DNA of 64,000 nt, from assembly GCA_021200955.1 (NCBI GenBank), contig JAJQFU010000111.1, forward strand, positions 214-64,213, written 5' to 3'. A model generated the notes under the pieces. It ran no database searches. It worked only from the letters and a program-made list of their open reading frames with translations, and was not told the origin of the DNA. Origin of the DNA: Clostridiales bacterium. Lineage in GTDB: Bacteria; Bacillota; Clostridia; Lachnospirales; CAG-274. Position numbers and translations under genes: made by a program. The first letter of the stretch is position 1; each line of letters starts with the position of its first letter. Positions 56,536-64,000 of the stretch are shown here, piece by piece.

Positions 56536-57594
56536 TCAGTCCCTCAAAATATTAATAAACTTTTCAAACTCTGCTGCCGTAAAACCGTCCCTCACTTTAT
56601 AAACAAGCTGTTCAAAGCTGTATTTGTTAAGTGAACTCAGTTCCCCTAAAAGAGAATGAAAATACATTTCCTTTTTAAGACCGTCAATCATTTCGGAAAT
56701 AATTAAATTTGCCTTATCCTTTTCTCTTATTTTGATTTCGCAGTTTTTCTTTGAAACCGCTTCAAAATAATCTATATTATAAATTTCATTGTCCGAAATA
56801 TCTTCGTCAATATCTCTCGGTACAGCCAAGTCTATGAAAATTTTATTTTTAACACCATATCGCAAAACCTCTCCCGATGTAACCGTATAATGGGGAGAGG
56901 CAGTAACGCTTATTACAATATCATTTTCTTTCATATATTTATATCTGTCTTTAAAAGCTATATAATTTACATTCGAAATATTGACATAATCGGCATTGTG
57001 TTCCCTGATTGTAGCGGTAATGCTTATATCACCGTAGGAAAGAAGGTCTTTAGCCACAATAGAGCCGGTTTTGCCGCTTATGCCTATAATAAGTACATTT
57101 TTAAGACCTTTCGAATGAACAAAAGCGGCGGTCAGAGTTCCTATTGAAACAGATGATTTTGACATAAGGGTTTCCGTCTTTATTTTTTTTGCGGCGGTTA
57201 TTGCTCCTTTAAAAAAAGTTTTTATTTCATATGAAAGACTAACTTTTTCGAGGGCGGCATAGAAAGCCTCTTTTACCTGACCTAAAATTTCATCCTCGCC
57301 TAAAATTTTAGATTCCAAGCCGCAGGCAACCCTGTAAAGATTGAGTATTGCCCCGTTTCCCGAATAAATTTTCACATATTTTTTAAATTCATCATAGGGA
57401 AAGCCTTTAAAGCTGCAGATTTCTCTTGCGGTTTTGTTTATGTCACAGTCCGAAAAGTAAAATTCGGTTCGGCAGCAGGTTGAAAGTATAACCATATTGT
57501 CTTTTATAAACTTTCCCTGCTCATCTTCACTGAAAGAAAGCTTTTCCCTTATGTCAACATCTGCTTTTCTGCAGCTTATACTTATGCAATGCAC
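56536..57594 (-). CDS. hemA: glutamyl-tRNA reductase
   Basis: It has ILSTCCRTEFY (catalytic Cys region) and an NADPH-binding IIGISGKTG. The start was moved to the GTG at 57594, after AGAGGTG. The longer ORF would overlap cysK by about 200 nt. Confidence 0.8.
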   Translation of the reverse strand: MHCISISCRKADVDIREKLSFSEDEQGKFIKDNMVILSTCCRTEFYFSDCDINKTAREICSFKGFPYDEFKKYVKIYSGNGAILNLYRVACGLESKILGEDEILGQVKEAFYAALEKVSLSYEIKTFFKGAITAAKKIKTETLMSKSSVSIGTLTAAFVHSKGLKNVLIIGISGKTGSIVAKDLLSYGDISITATIREHNADYVNISNVNYIAFKDRYKYMKENDIVISVTASPHYTVTSGEVLRYGVKNKIFIDLAVPRDIDEDISDNEIYNIDYFEAVSKKNCEIKIREKDKANLIISEMIDGLKKEMYFHSLLGELSSLNKYSFEQLVYKVRDGFTAAEFEKFINILRD

Positions 57595-57622
57595 CGTATC
57601 ACCTCTTTTAAGGAAACAATAA

Positions 57623-58555
57623 TTACTCCGCAAAAAGCTGAGTTGACAAATACCTGTCTCCTGTGTCGGGAAGAAGAACAACAATAGCCTTGCCCCTGTT
57701 TTCCGGTCTTTTGGCAAGCTCAGCTGCCGCCCATACAGCCGCACCGGAGGAAATTCCAACAAGAAAACCCTCTGTATGTGCAATTTTTCTTCCTGTTTCA
57801 AAAGCGGCTTCGTTTTCAACCTTTATAATTTCATCATAAACCTCTGTGTTAAGGGTTTCGGGGACAAAACCTGCCCCTATGCCCTGAATTTTATGAGGTC
57901 CGGCTTTTCCCTCAGACAAAACAGGAGAACCGGCAGGCTCAACAGCCACAATTTTAACATTCGGGTTTTTGCTCTTTAAATATTCCCCGACACCTGTAAT
58001 TGTTCCCCCTGTGCCTACTCCGGCAACAAATATGTCAACAGTTCCGTCTGTGTCTCTCCATATTTCGGGACCTGTTGTTTTCTTGTGATATTCGGGGTTT
58101 GCAGGGTTTGTAAACTGGCTTGGTATAAAGCTGTCCTCTGTTTCATCGGCAATTTCCTGTGCTTTAATAATTGCTCCTCTCATACCCTTAGCTCCGTCTG
58201 TCAAAACAAGCTCCGCACCATAGGCTTTAAGTAAATTTCTTCTTTCAATGCTCATAGTCTCCGGCATAGTTATTATAATTTTGTAGCCCCTTGCCGCCGC
58301 AACGGAAGCAAGCCCGATGCCCGTATTTCCCGATGTAGGCTCTATAATTACTGTGTTGGGGGTTATTTTTCCCTCTTTTTCCGCTTTGACAATCATCCCT
58401 ACGGCAATTCTGTCTTTAACAGAGCCGGCAGGGTTAAAATATTCCAGTTTGGCAAGCAAAACCGCTTCCAAATTATTTGCCTTTGAGAAATTACCCAGTT
58501 CAAGCAAAGGCGTATTCCCTATAAGGTCTGTAATCCTTTTATAAATTTTAGCCAT
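57623..58555 (-). CDS. cysK: cysteine synthase A (O-acetylserine sulfhydrylase)
   Basis: It has [24 protein letters not shown] (PLP Lys) and the GTGGT loop. Confidence 0.9.
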   Translation of the reverse strand: MAKIYKRITDLIGNTPLLELGNFSKANNLEAVLLAKLEYFNPAGSVKDRIAVGMIVKAEKEGKITPNTVIIEPTSGNTGIGLASVAAARGYKIIITMPETMSIERRNLLKAYGAELVLTDGAKGMRGAIIKAQEIADETEDSFIPSQFTNPANPEYHKKTTGPEIWRDTDGTVDIFVAGVGTGGTITGVGEYLKSKNPNVKIVAVEPAGSPVLSEGKAGPHKIQGIGAGFVPETLNTEVYDEIIKVENEAAFETGRKIAHTEGFLVGISSGAAVWAAAELAKRPENRGKAIVVLLPDTGDRYLSTQLFAE

Positions 58556-58649
58556 TTCAATTCCTCCCTATTTATATTCCGGTTCGGGCGTGGCGAGAGC
58601 AACACCTCTCCGTCACCCTACGGGTGACACCTCCCCTTAAAAGGGGAGG

Positions 58650-59696
58650 CTATATTACATAACTGTAATCTCCGAACATTCTGTATTCCGACGGAGGCAC
58701 TTCATATTCCTTTTTGAAAAGTCTTGAAAAATAACCCATATCCTTATAGCCCAGCCTTTCGGATATGTCCGTTATTTTAAGCTTAGTCTTTTGTAAAAGA
58801 TAAGCCGCTCTTTTCATTTTAACAACCGTTACATAATCCACAAATCTGATTTTTGTATGTGCCGTAAAAACCGTGCTTAAATATGTACTGTTTATGTGAA
58901 GCTCTGCTGCAATATCCTTTTGACGAAGGCTGCTTTCCGGACTGCTGAGAATATACTGTATAACCTCCCGAATTTTTTCATCGTCTGCCTTAGGAGAAAG
59001 TCTGCAAAACTCACCAAACAAATCTCCTAAAATTTTACGGTATCTGTCCTTATATGTATTTTGATCTCCCTCGTTTATGCTGTCCAAATTATAAAAGGTG
59101 TGAGGGTCAATATACAAATCAAGCCACTCGTAGATATTGAAAAGATCTTCAATTACACTGCTGCATATGCTCCTTGCCTTTTTGTCGGCGACTATAACAT
59201 CAAATTCATCATCGTAAATTTTATCAAGCATTTCGTCTATATACCTGTGGATATTATAATTTCTGTCCTTGAAAAAAGCGAGTATGTTTTCTTTATAACA
59301 TACCTCCTCTGCTCCGCCTTCATAGCTTTCGCTTTTTATTCGGGTAAACATCTGATAAAACTGCGCTTCGTCAAAGGGCATTACAAAATAATCATAAGCA
59401 CCTAAAATTATGCCCTGTCTGGCATAGTTAAAGTCGGAAAATCTGCTGCACAAAACAACTCTGCTGCAAAGTCCCTCAGCTTTAGCTGTTCTTAAAAGCT
59501 GAAGTCCGTCCATACCTGTTATTCTTATTTCCGTAATAACAAGGTCATATTTTTTCTGCTTCATTTTATTGTGGGCTGTAATTCCGTCATTTGCTATGTC
59601 TTCAATTACAAATTCCGAAGCCTCTCCCCAAATGTGCAAAGCTTCTACTTGCTTTAACAGTTCGTCGCTGTCATATACAAATAATGTTCTGTACAT
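58650..59696 (-). CDS. AraC-type regulator with an atypical (pseudo-)receiver domain
   Basis: It has an N-terminal CheY-like fold, but the acceptor position is Glu (YDLVITEIRITGMDG) and the conserved Lys is Met (YFVMPF). The C-terminus is an AraC HTH, GYKDMGYFSRLFKKEYEVPPSEYR. Confidence 0.8.
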   Translation of the reverse strand: MYRTLFVYDSDELLKQVEALHIWGEASEFVIEDIANDGITAHNKMKQKKYDLVITEIRITGMDGLQLLRTAKAEGLCSRVVLCSRFSDFNYARQGIILGAYDYFVMPFDEAQFYQMFTRIKSESYEGGAEEVCYKENILAFFKDRNYNIHRYIDEMLDKIYDDEFDVIVADKKARSICSSVIEDLFNIYEWLDLYIDPHTFYNLDSINEGDQNTYKDRYRKILGDLFGEFCRLSPKADDEKIREVIQYILSSPESSLRQKDIAAELHINSTYLSTVFTAHTKIRFVDYVTVVKMKRAAYLLQKTKLKITDISERLGYKDMGYFSRLFKKEYEVPPSEYRMFGDYSYVI

Positions 59697-59724
59697 TAAG
59701 TCAGCCCCCTTTCTTTTATCGGGC

Positions 59725-60972
59725 TTAAAAAGGCAGTTTTTCGTTTACATACTCAAGAGCCGATAAAAAGTCCTCAGTTAAGTCTCTTATATCCTCAATA
59801 CCAACACTTACCCTTATTAAGTCATCATAAACACCGGCTTTAGCCTGTTCGGCTTCGCTGCTGTGGGCATATATCGTAGATGATGGGTGAATAACAAGGG
59901 TTTTCGTGTCACCAATGTTTGTTATGTTAACTGCATATTTAAGGCTGTTTATAAAGGCAAAGGCTCTTTCCTTTGTGTAAAGCCTTAAGGTTAATATTCC
60001 GCCGCCTTTGCCGCCCAAAATATCATTTGCTTTTGTATAATAGGGGCTGCTTTTAAGCATAGGATAATTTACCTCTCTTATACCGGCTTTGTTTTCAAGT
60101 GCCTCGGCAAGAGCCAAGGCATTTTTACAGTGTCTGTCCATTCTCAAGCCGAGAGTTTCAAGCCCCAAAGAGTTAAAGTAAGCATTCATAGGGCTTAAAC
60201 AGCAGCCGAAATTTCTGAAAGTATCATTTCTGAGCTTTGCGGTAAAGGCAAATTTGCCCAGCTTTAAATATTCTCCCATAACAGGATATTTTTCTTCCGT
60301 CCACTTAAAATTGCCGCTGTCGGTAATTATTCCGCTTATAGAATTGCTGCTGCCGTTTATATATTTCGATGAGGAATTTATTATAATATCCGCCCCTAAG
60401 TCAATGCCTCTTAAAATATAGGTGGTAGCTGTGGTGTTGTCCAATATAAATGGCAAGCCGTAACTGTGGATTAAATCAGCCGCCGCTTTAATGTCTGTTA
60501 CGTCTAATTTCGGGTTTCCTATTGTTTCGGCAAAAACAGCCTTTGTTTTGGAATTTACAAGACCTTCAAGTTCGTCTTTTGTTATATCCTCAACTATATG
60601 AACCTTAATACCCAGCTTTTCAATGTCCTTAAAAAAATCAAGAGTACCGCCGAAAACGGAAGCCTTTGAAATAATTTCGTCACCTGCCCCTAAAATGTTC
60701 AGCAAAGCAACGGAAATAGCCGCCATTCCCGATGAAACCGCAACAGAAGCAAGACCGTTTTCCAAATAAGTTATTCTGCTTTCAAATGAGGCAACTGTAG
60801 GGTTGCTGATTCTGCTATAGGCATAGCCGGGAGCTTTATTGTGAAAAATTTTTTCTATTTCCTCGGCGGTTTTCTGTCCGAAAGCACTTGACTGATATAT
60901 GGGTATAAGCGTCGCCCCTGTATTTGTATCGCCTTCAAAATTGCCATGAAGTAAAGCTGTATCATACTTCAT
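59725..60972 (-). CDS. metY: O-acetylhomoserine sulfhydrylase (aminocarboxypropyltransferase)
   Basis: It is a Cys/Met-metabolism PLP enzyme with YSRISNPT, a SSSKYINGS Lys region and a length of 415 aa. Confidence 0.8.
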   Translation of the reverse strand: MKYDTALLHGNFEGDTNTGATLIPIYQSSAFGQKTAEEIEKIFHNKAPGYAYSRISNPTVASFESRITYLENGLASVAVSSGMAAISVALLNILGAGDEIISKASVFGGTLDFFKDIEKLGIKVHIVEDITKDELEGLVNSKTKAVFAETIGNPKLDVTDIKAAADLIHSYGLPFILDNTTATTYILRGIDLGADIIINSSSKYINGSSNSISGIITDSGNFKWTEEKYPVMGEYLKLGKFAFTAKLRNDTFRNFGCCLSPMNAYFNSLGLETLGLRMDRHCKNALALAEALENKAGIREVNYPMLKSSPYYTKANDILGGKGGGILTLRLYTKERAFAFINSLKYAVNITNIGDTKTLVIHPSSTIYAHSSEAEQAKAGVYDDLIRVSVGIEDIRDLTEDFLSALEYVNEKLPF

Positions 60973-60983
60973 AAAACCACTCC

Positions 60984-61793
60984 TTAAAATGCTCCGCCGC
61001 AGCTGTTCATCTCATAGTCGGTCAACTCATGAATTGTGGGGTTATCTCCGCATATGGGGCAGTCCTTAACCTTTTCGGGCAGCTTAATTTTTCTGAACTC
61101 CATGGTCAAAGCATTATATGTAAGCAAATAACCCGTTAAAAGTTCACCCTTTCCCAAAAGATACTTTATGGCTTCCATAGCCTGAAGGCTGCCTATAACT
61201 CCGCCCATTGCCCCTACAACTCCCGCCTGTCTGCAGGTAGGAACAGCGTCAGCCGGCGGAGGATTTTTAAATACACAGCGGTAACATGGACCTCTTCCGG
61301 GAACATATGTCATAAGCTGACCCTGAAATCTTATAATTCCGGCATGAGAAAAAGGCTTTTCAGCCATAACGCAGGCGTCATTTATAAGAAATTTAGCCGG
61401 AAAATTATCTGTTCCGTCAATAACAAAGTCATAATCCTTAATTAAATCGGCTATATTTTCGGCACTGACAAAGGTTTCATAGGGTATAACCTTTACATCG
61501 GGATTAATAGCTTCCATTGTTTCCTTTGCGGAAAGCACCTTTGCCTTTCCGACATCAGCCGTTGTGTGTACAATCTGCCTTTGGAGATTTGACAGGTCAA
61601 CCTCGTCTGCATCCGCAACACCTATTGTTCCCACTCCTGCAGCGGCAAGATACATTGCCGCCGGGGAACCCAAGCCGCCGGCCCCTATAATAAGAACCCT
61701 TGAATTAAGCAACTTTTTCTGACCCTTTGAGCCTATTTCTTTCAATATAATGTGTCTTGAATATCTTTGCATTTGTTCATAAGTAAATTCCAT
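60984..61793 (-). CDS. ThiF/MoeB/HesA-family sulfur-carrier adenylyltransferase
   Basis: It has YSRHIIL..IG..GQ, IIGAGGLGSP and LQRQI. The CxxC pairs are CYRC and CPIC. Confidence 0.85.
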   Translation of the reverse strand: MEFTYEQMQRYSRHIILKEIGSKGQKKLLNSRVLIIGAGGLGSPAAMYLAAAGVGTIGVADADEVDLSNLQRQIVHTTADVGKAKVLSAKETMEAINPDVKVIPYETFVSAENIADLIKDYDFVIDGTDNFPAKFLINDACVMAEKPFSHAGIIRFQGQLMTYVPGRGPCYRCVFKNPPPADAVPTCRQAGVVGAMGGVIGSLQAMEAIKYLLGKGELLTGYLLTYNALTMEFRKIKLPEKVKDCPICGDNPTIHELTDYEMNSCGGAF

Positions 61794-62002
61794 TAACAGA
61801 GTCCTCCTCCCATAAAGTAAAGAAATTCAACTGCATCGCCGTCCTTTAAAACAATGCCTTCGAAATCCTTTGCACTGTAAAGCTCATCATTCACAGACCC
61901 TGTTACATATTCGGGAGTCTCGACCTTTTCCGCTTCAACAAGCTCCTTAAGGGTCAAACCATCTTTATATTCCTTAATTTTTCCGCTTACCGTAATTTTC
62001 AT
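61793..62002 (-). CDS. ThiS/MoaD-family sulfur carrier protein with a C-terminal GG-LC extension
   Basis: It is 69 aa with a beta-grasp-like pattern and ends FLYFMGGGLC. Its start overlaps the TusA-like stop and its stop overlaps the ThiF-like start. Confidence 0.7.
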   Translation of the reverse strand: MKITVSGKIKEYKDGLTLKELVEAEKVETPEYVTGSVNDELYSAKDFEGIVLKDGDAVEFLYFMGGGLC

Positions 62003-62256
62003 TCTTCCTCACCTTTCTCAACAATTAAATCATATGTTCCGTCATCATTTGCCGTAAGTTTTAAAACCCTGTGGCCTTCCTCTTTCATTGAACGGGGTAC
62101 ATTTTGCAAGGGCTCGCCGCCGTTCATATGTACGGAAAGAATTTGCCCTGTTTCAAGCTCTTCAATAGCCACCTTTGCCTTAACAAAGGTTACGGGGCAT
62201 ACAACATCTGTTATATCCACATAATCATCTATTTTAATATCATTTGCCGAAGCCAT
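61999..62256 (-). CDS. TusA/SirA-like sulfurtransferase
   Basis: It is 85 aa, with DITDVVCPVTFVKAKVAIEEL matching the CP-x-P/T region of TusA-family proteins. Confidence 0.65.
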   Translation of the reverse strand: MASANDIKIDDYVDITDVVCPVTFVKAKVAIEELETGQILSVHMNGGEPLQNVPRSMKEEGHRVLKLTANDDGTYDLIVEKGEEE

Positions 62257-63109
62257 AATAAGCCTCCTTTATTGTTTTTACAAACTCACCTTTTCCGACC
62301 CTTTCAATTGTAAATCTGAAACGCTCTCCGGGGTTTGCATGATTCTTAAAGAAATCCACCGCTGCATCTATTACAACAAAAAGCTGTTCTTTACTGTTGA
62401 TAATCGGTATAATTTCCTCGCCTTTCCAAACAGTATTTCCGAAAAGACCGCCGAAAGATACTATATAGCCTTCGTTATTTTCCCATGCATCAACAGGACA
62501 GGCTTTTGTACATCTTCCGCAGTAGTTGCACTTATCCTCATTTACAATAATTTTGCCGCCTTCCGTTGTTATTGCCTTAACCCGACATATATTTTCACAA
62601 ACTCCGCAGCTTATACATTTATCAGCTATCCACTTAACCTCTATGCCGCCTTTTATGCCTATGTCGTTTTCCTCTGACTTAAGACAGTTGTTTTGACACC
62701 CCGTCACGCCGAATTTGAACTTGTGAGGCAAATCCATAGCAAAAAATCTTTCACTTATTTCCTCTGCAAGTCCGTATGTATCTATACAGCCGCTTGGGCA
62801 GACAGCCTTTCCCTGACAAGAAGTAACGGTTCTTACCCTCGCTCCGCAGACACCCGGCTCACAGTCTCCCTCGGCAAGCTTTGTCTTAACCTCGTCAATA
62901 TCATCAAGCCTTATAAAAGGTATTTCAACTCCCTGTCTTGAAGTAAGATGAACATAGCCCTCACCGTATTTTTCCGCCGTTTCAGCTATGGTTAAAAGCT
63001 GATTTGAGGTCAGATGACCGCCTACAACCTTTAAACGCAGAGAAAACCTGTTTTTTTGTTTTTGCCGCATAAAGCCGCCTTTTTTTAAAACAGCATAGTC
63101 AACAGCCAT
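62240..63109 (-). CDS. small siroheme-type sulfite reductase with a ferredoxin insert (AsrC/Dsr-like, stand-alone)
   Basis: The siroheme-FeS Cys motifs are SCQGKAVC and TGCQNNC. There are two 4Fe-4S motifs, CISCGVCENIC and CNYCGRCTKACP. The start was chosen at the ATG 7 nt after AAGGAGGG. Confidence 0.7.
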   Translation of the reverse strand: MAVDYAVLKKGGFMRQKQKNRFSLRLKVVGGHLTSNQLLTIAETAEKYGEGYVHLTSRQGVEIPFIRLDDIDEVKTKLAEGDCEPGVCGARVRTVTSCQGKAVCPSGCIDTYGLAEEISERFFAMDLPHKFKFGVTGCQNNCLKSEENDIGIKGGIEVKWIADKCISCGVCENICRVKAITTEGGKIIVNEDKCNYCGRCTKACPVDAWENNEGYIVSFGGLFGNTVWKGEEIIPIINSKEQLFVVIDAAVDFFKNHANPGERFRFTIERVGKGEFVKTIKEAYYGFGK

Positions 63110-63122
63110 ATTGAAACCCTCC

Positions 63123-63533
63123 TTAAATATATTCAATCGGCTCTTCCTCCGAAATATTTCCGTTAATCCTGAATGACTTTAAAACAGGATTTTTCTCATC
63201 CTGAAGTGATAAAATCATATAGCTTGCATTTTTATCATAAGCAAGTCTCTTGTCCTCGTCGGAAGGTCTTGAAGGGCTTTCCGGGTGAGAATGAAAGGTT
63301 CCCAAAGGAACAAGCCCCTTCTTCCTCATATACTTAACCGCTTCAAGCTGATCCTTAGGGTTCATTGAAAAATGCTCCCTTGAGTGATCAATATTTTCAA
63401 GCACGTATATTTCCCTAACAATCTTTATTTCCTCTGTCTGCGTTCCCCCTATAAGCCCGCAGATTTCCTCCGGTCTGCCTTTTCTTCCGGCAGCAATTAT
63501 TTCATCATAAAATTTTCTCGGAAGCTTAATCAC
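63123..63533 (-). CDS. JAMM/MPN+ metalloprotease (Mec+/HcyD-like)
   Basis: It has EICGLIGG and the JAMM motif HSHPESPSRPSDED. Confidence 0.8.
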   Translation of the reverse strand: MIKLPRKFYDEIIAAGRKGRPEEICGLIGGTQTEEIKIVREIYVLENIDHSREHFSMNPKDQLEAVKYMRKKGLVPLGTFHSHPESPSRPSDEDKRLAYDKNASYMILSLQDEKNPVLKSFRINGNISEEEPIEYI

Positions 63534-63561
63534 TTTAAACCCTCCATTGCTATGTATTGTT

Positions 63562-64000
63562 TCAAACGCTTATATTAAGCAGCTTCGCAGCCGTGTTCAT
63601 TCTTTTATCATTTAAAATATATTCCGAAAAAACATAAAGCCCCGCAAGAAGCCCTCTGTCGGAAATCGTTTCGGAGGCAATTGTTCCTTTGTTTATAACT
63701 CCGCTCTTTTTCCCTTTTATAAATATATCGTAAATACCGGTACACCTGTATTTTACGCAAATATTCTTTTCGGGTATGTAAAATTCTCCGCAGAACGACA
63801 GTTTAAAAGGTTCTCCCTGTGTTTTTATTTTTTCACCTGTTTTAACAAACATTTCACTGCTTCCTAAATGGTTTCTTATTACAAATCCGCCGGTATTTTC
63901 GGCAATGTCATAAATAACCCGACCTTTTAAGTCGCATATATATTTGCTTCTTTCAAGCAAGCCTTTATATTTTATTCTGTAAATAATTAATCCGTCATCA
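63562..64000 (-). CDS. hypothetical protein (5' end probably beyond the window)
   Basis: The frame stays open to the window edge, upstream of the TTG at 63960. I recognise no motif. It is co-directional with the JAMM gene, 28 nt away. Confidence 0.35.
   Translation of the reverse strand, partial: DDGLIIYRIKYKGLLERSKYICDLKGRVIYDIAENTGGFVIRNHLGSSEMFVKTGEKIKTQGEPFKLSFCGEFYIPEKNICVKYRCTGIYDIFIKGKKSGVINKGTIASETISDRGLLAGLYVFSEYILNDKRMNTAAKLLNISV

Noticed and set aside
57595-57819. 75-codon N-terminal extension of the hemA ORF
   Set aside because: It would overlap the 3' end of cysK by about 200 nt, and its sequence is hydrophobic and basic nonsense. A GTG with a good RBS at 57594 gives a canonical HemA N-terminus.

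Overview
This is a chromosomal window from a low-GC Firmicute, probably Clostridia-like (Gram-positive RBSs, an SLH-anchored protein, code 11). It falls into four blocks.

(1) 1-14.1 kb is an accessory or defence-type island. It ends at a truncated 3' copy of an initiator-type tRNA-Met, which looks like an att remnant. The island carries a tight five-gene minus-strand operon: WYL regulator, Sel1-repeat protein, 1129-aa HerA/DUF87-like ATPase, AHH (HNH-fold) nuclease and SUKH-like immunity protein. I cannot match this operon to any named system, and it is my best candidate for an undescribed conflict system. The island also holds a serine recombinase, two further orphan P-loop ATPases, an ATPase-PD-(D/E)XK protein and a solitary MNT nucleotidyltransferase.

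(2) 14.4-25.4 kb holds housekeeping and accessory genes. These include an unusual cluster: pyruvyl-transferase-like gene, reductase/acyl-AMP-ligase fusion and an FAD/FeS oxidoreductase with an in-frame TGA.

(3) 25.6-29.2 kb is a decayed integrative mobilizable element (integrase fragment, helicase-like gene, excisionase, relaxase). Its genes are interrupted by a family of about 140-nt, three-hairpin insertion elements. These elements show stem covariation and insert without target duplication.

(4) 29.3-64 kb holds small redox and detoxification genes followed by a large sulfur block. That block comprises two NitT/TauT-type ABC importers, a glycyl-radical enzyme with its activase, an Fe-ADH and a class-III aminotransferase, which together resemble the taurine/isethionate sulfite-lyase pathway. 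It also has an SLH-anchored amidohydrolase. It ends in a 12+ kb co-directional array joining siroheme synthesis (hemA, sirC-hemC, cobA-hemD, hemB, hemL), cysK, a pseudo-receiver AraC regulator, metY, ThiF/ThiS/TusA/JAMM sulfur-carrier genes and a small siroheme sulfite reductase.

Several genes are broken by single-nucleotide events. All family assignments come from motif recognition by eye. No database search was run.
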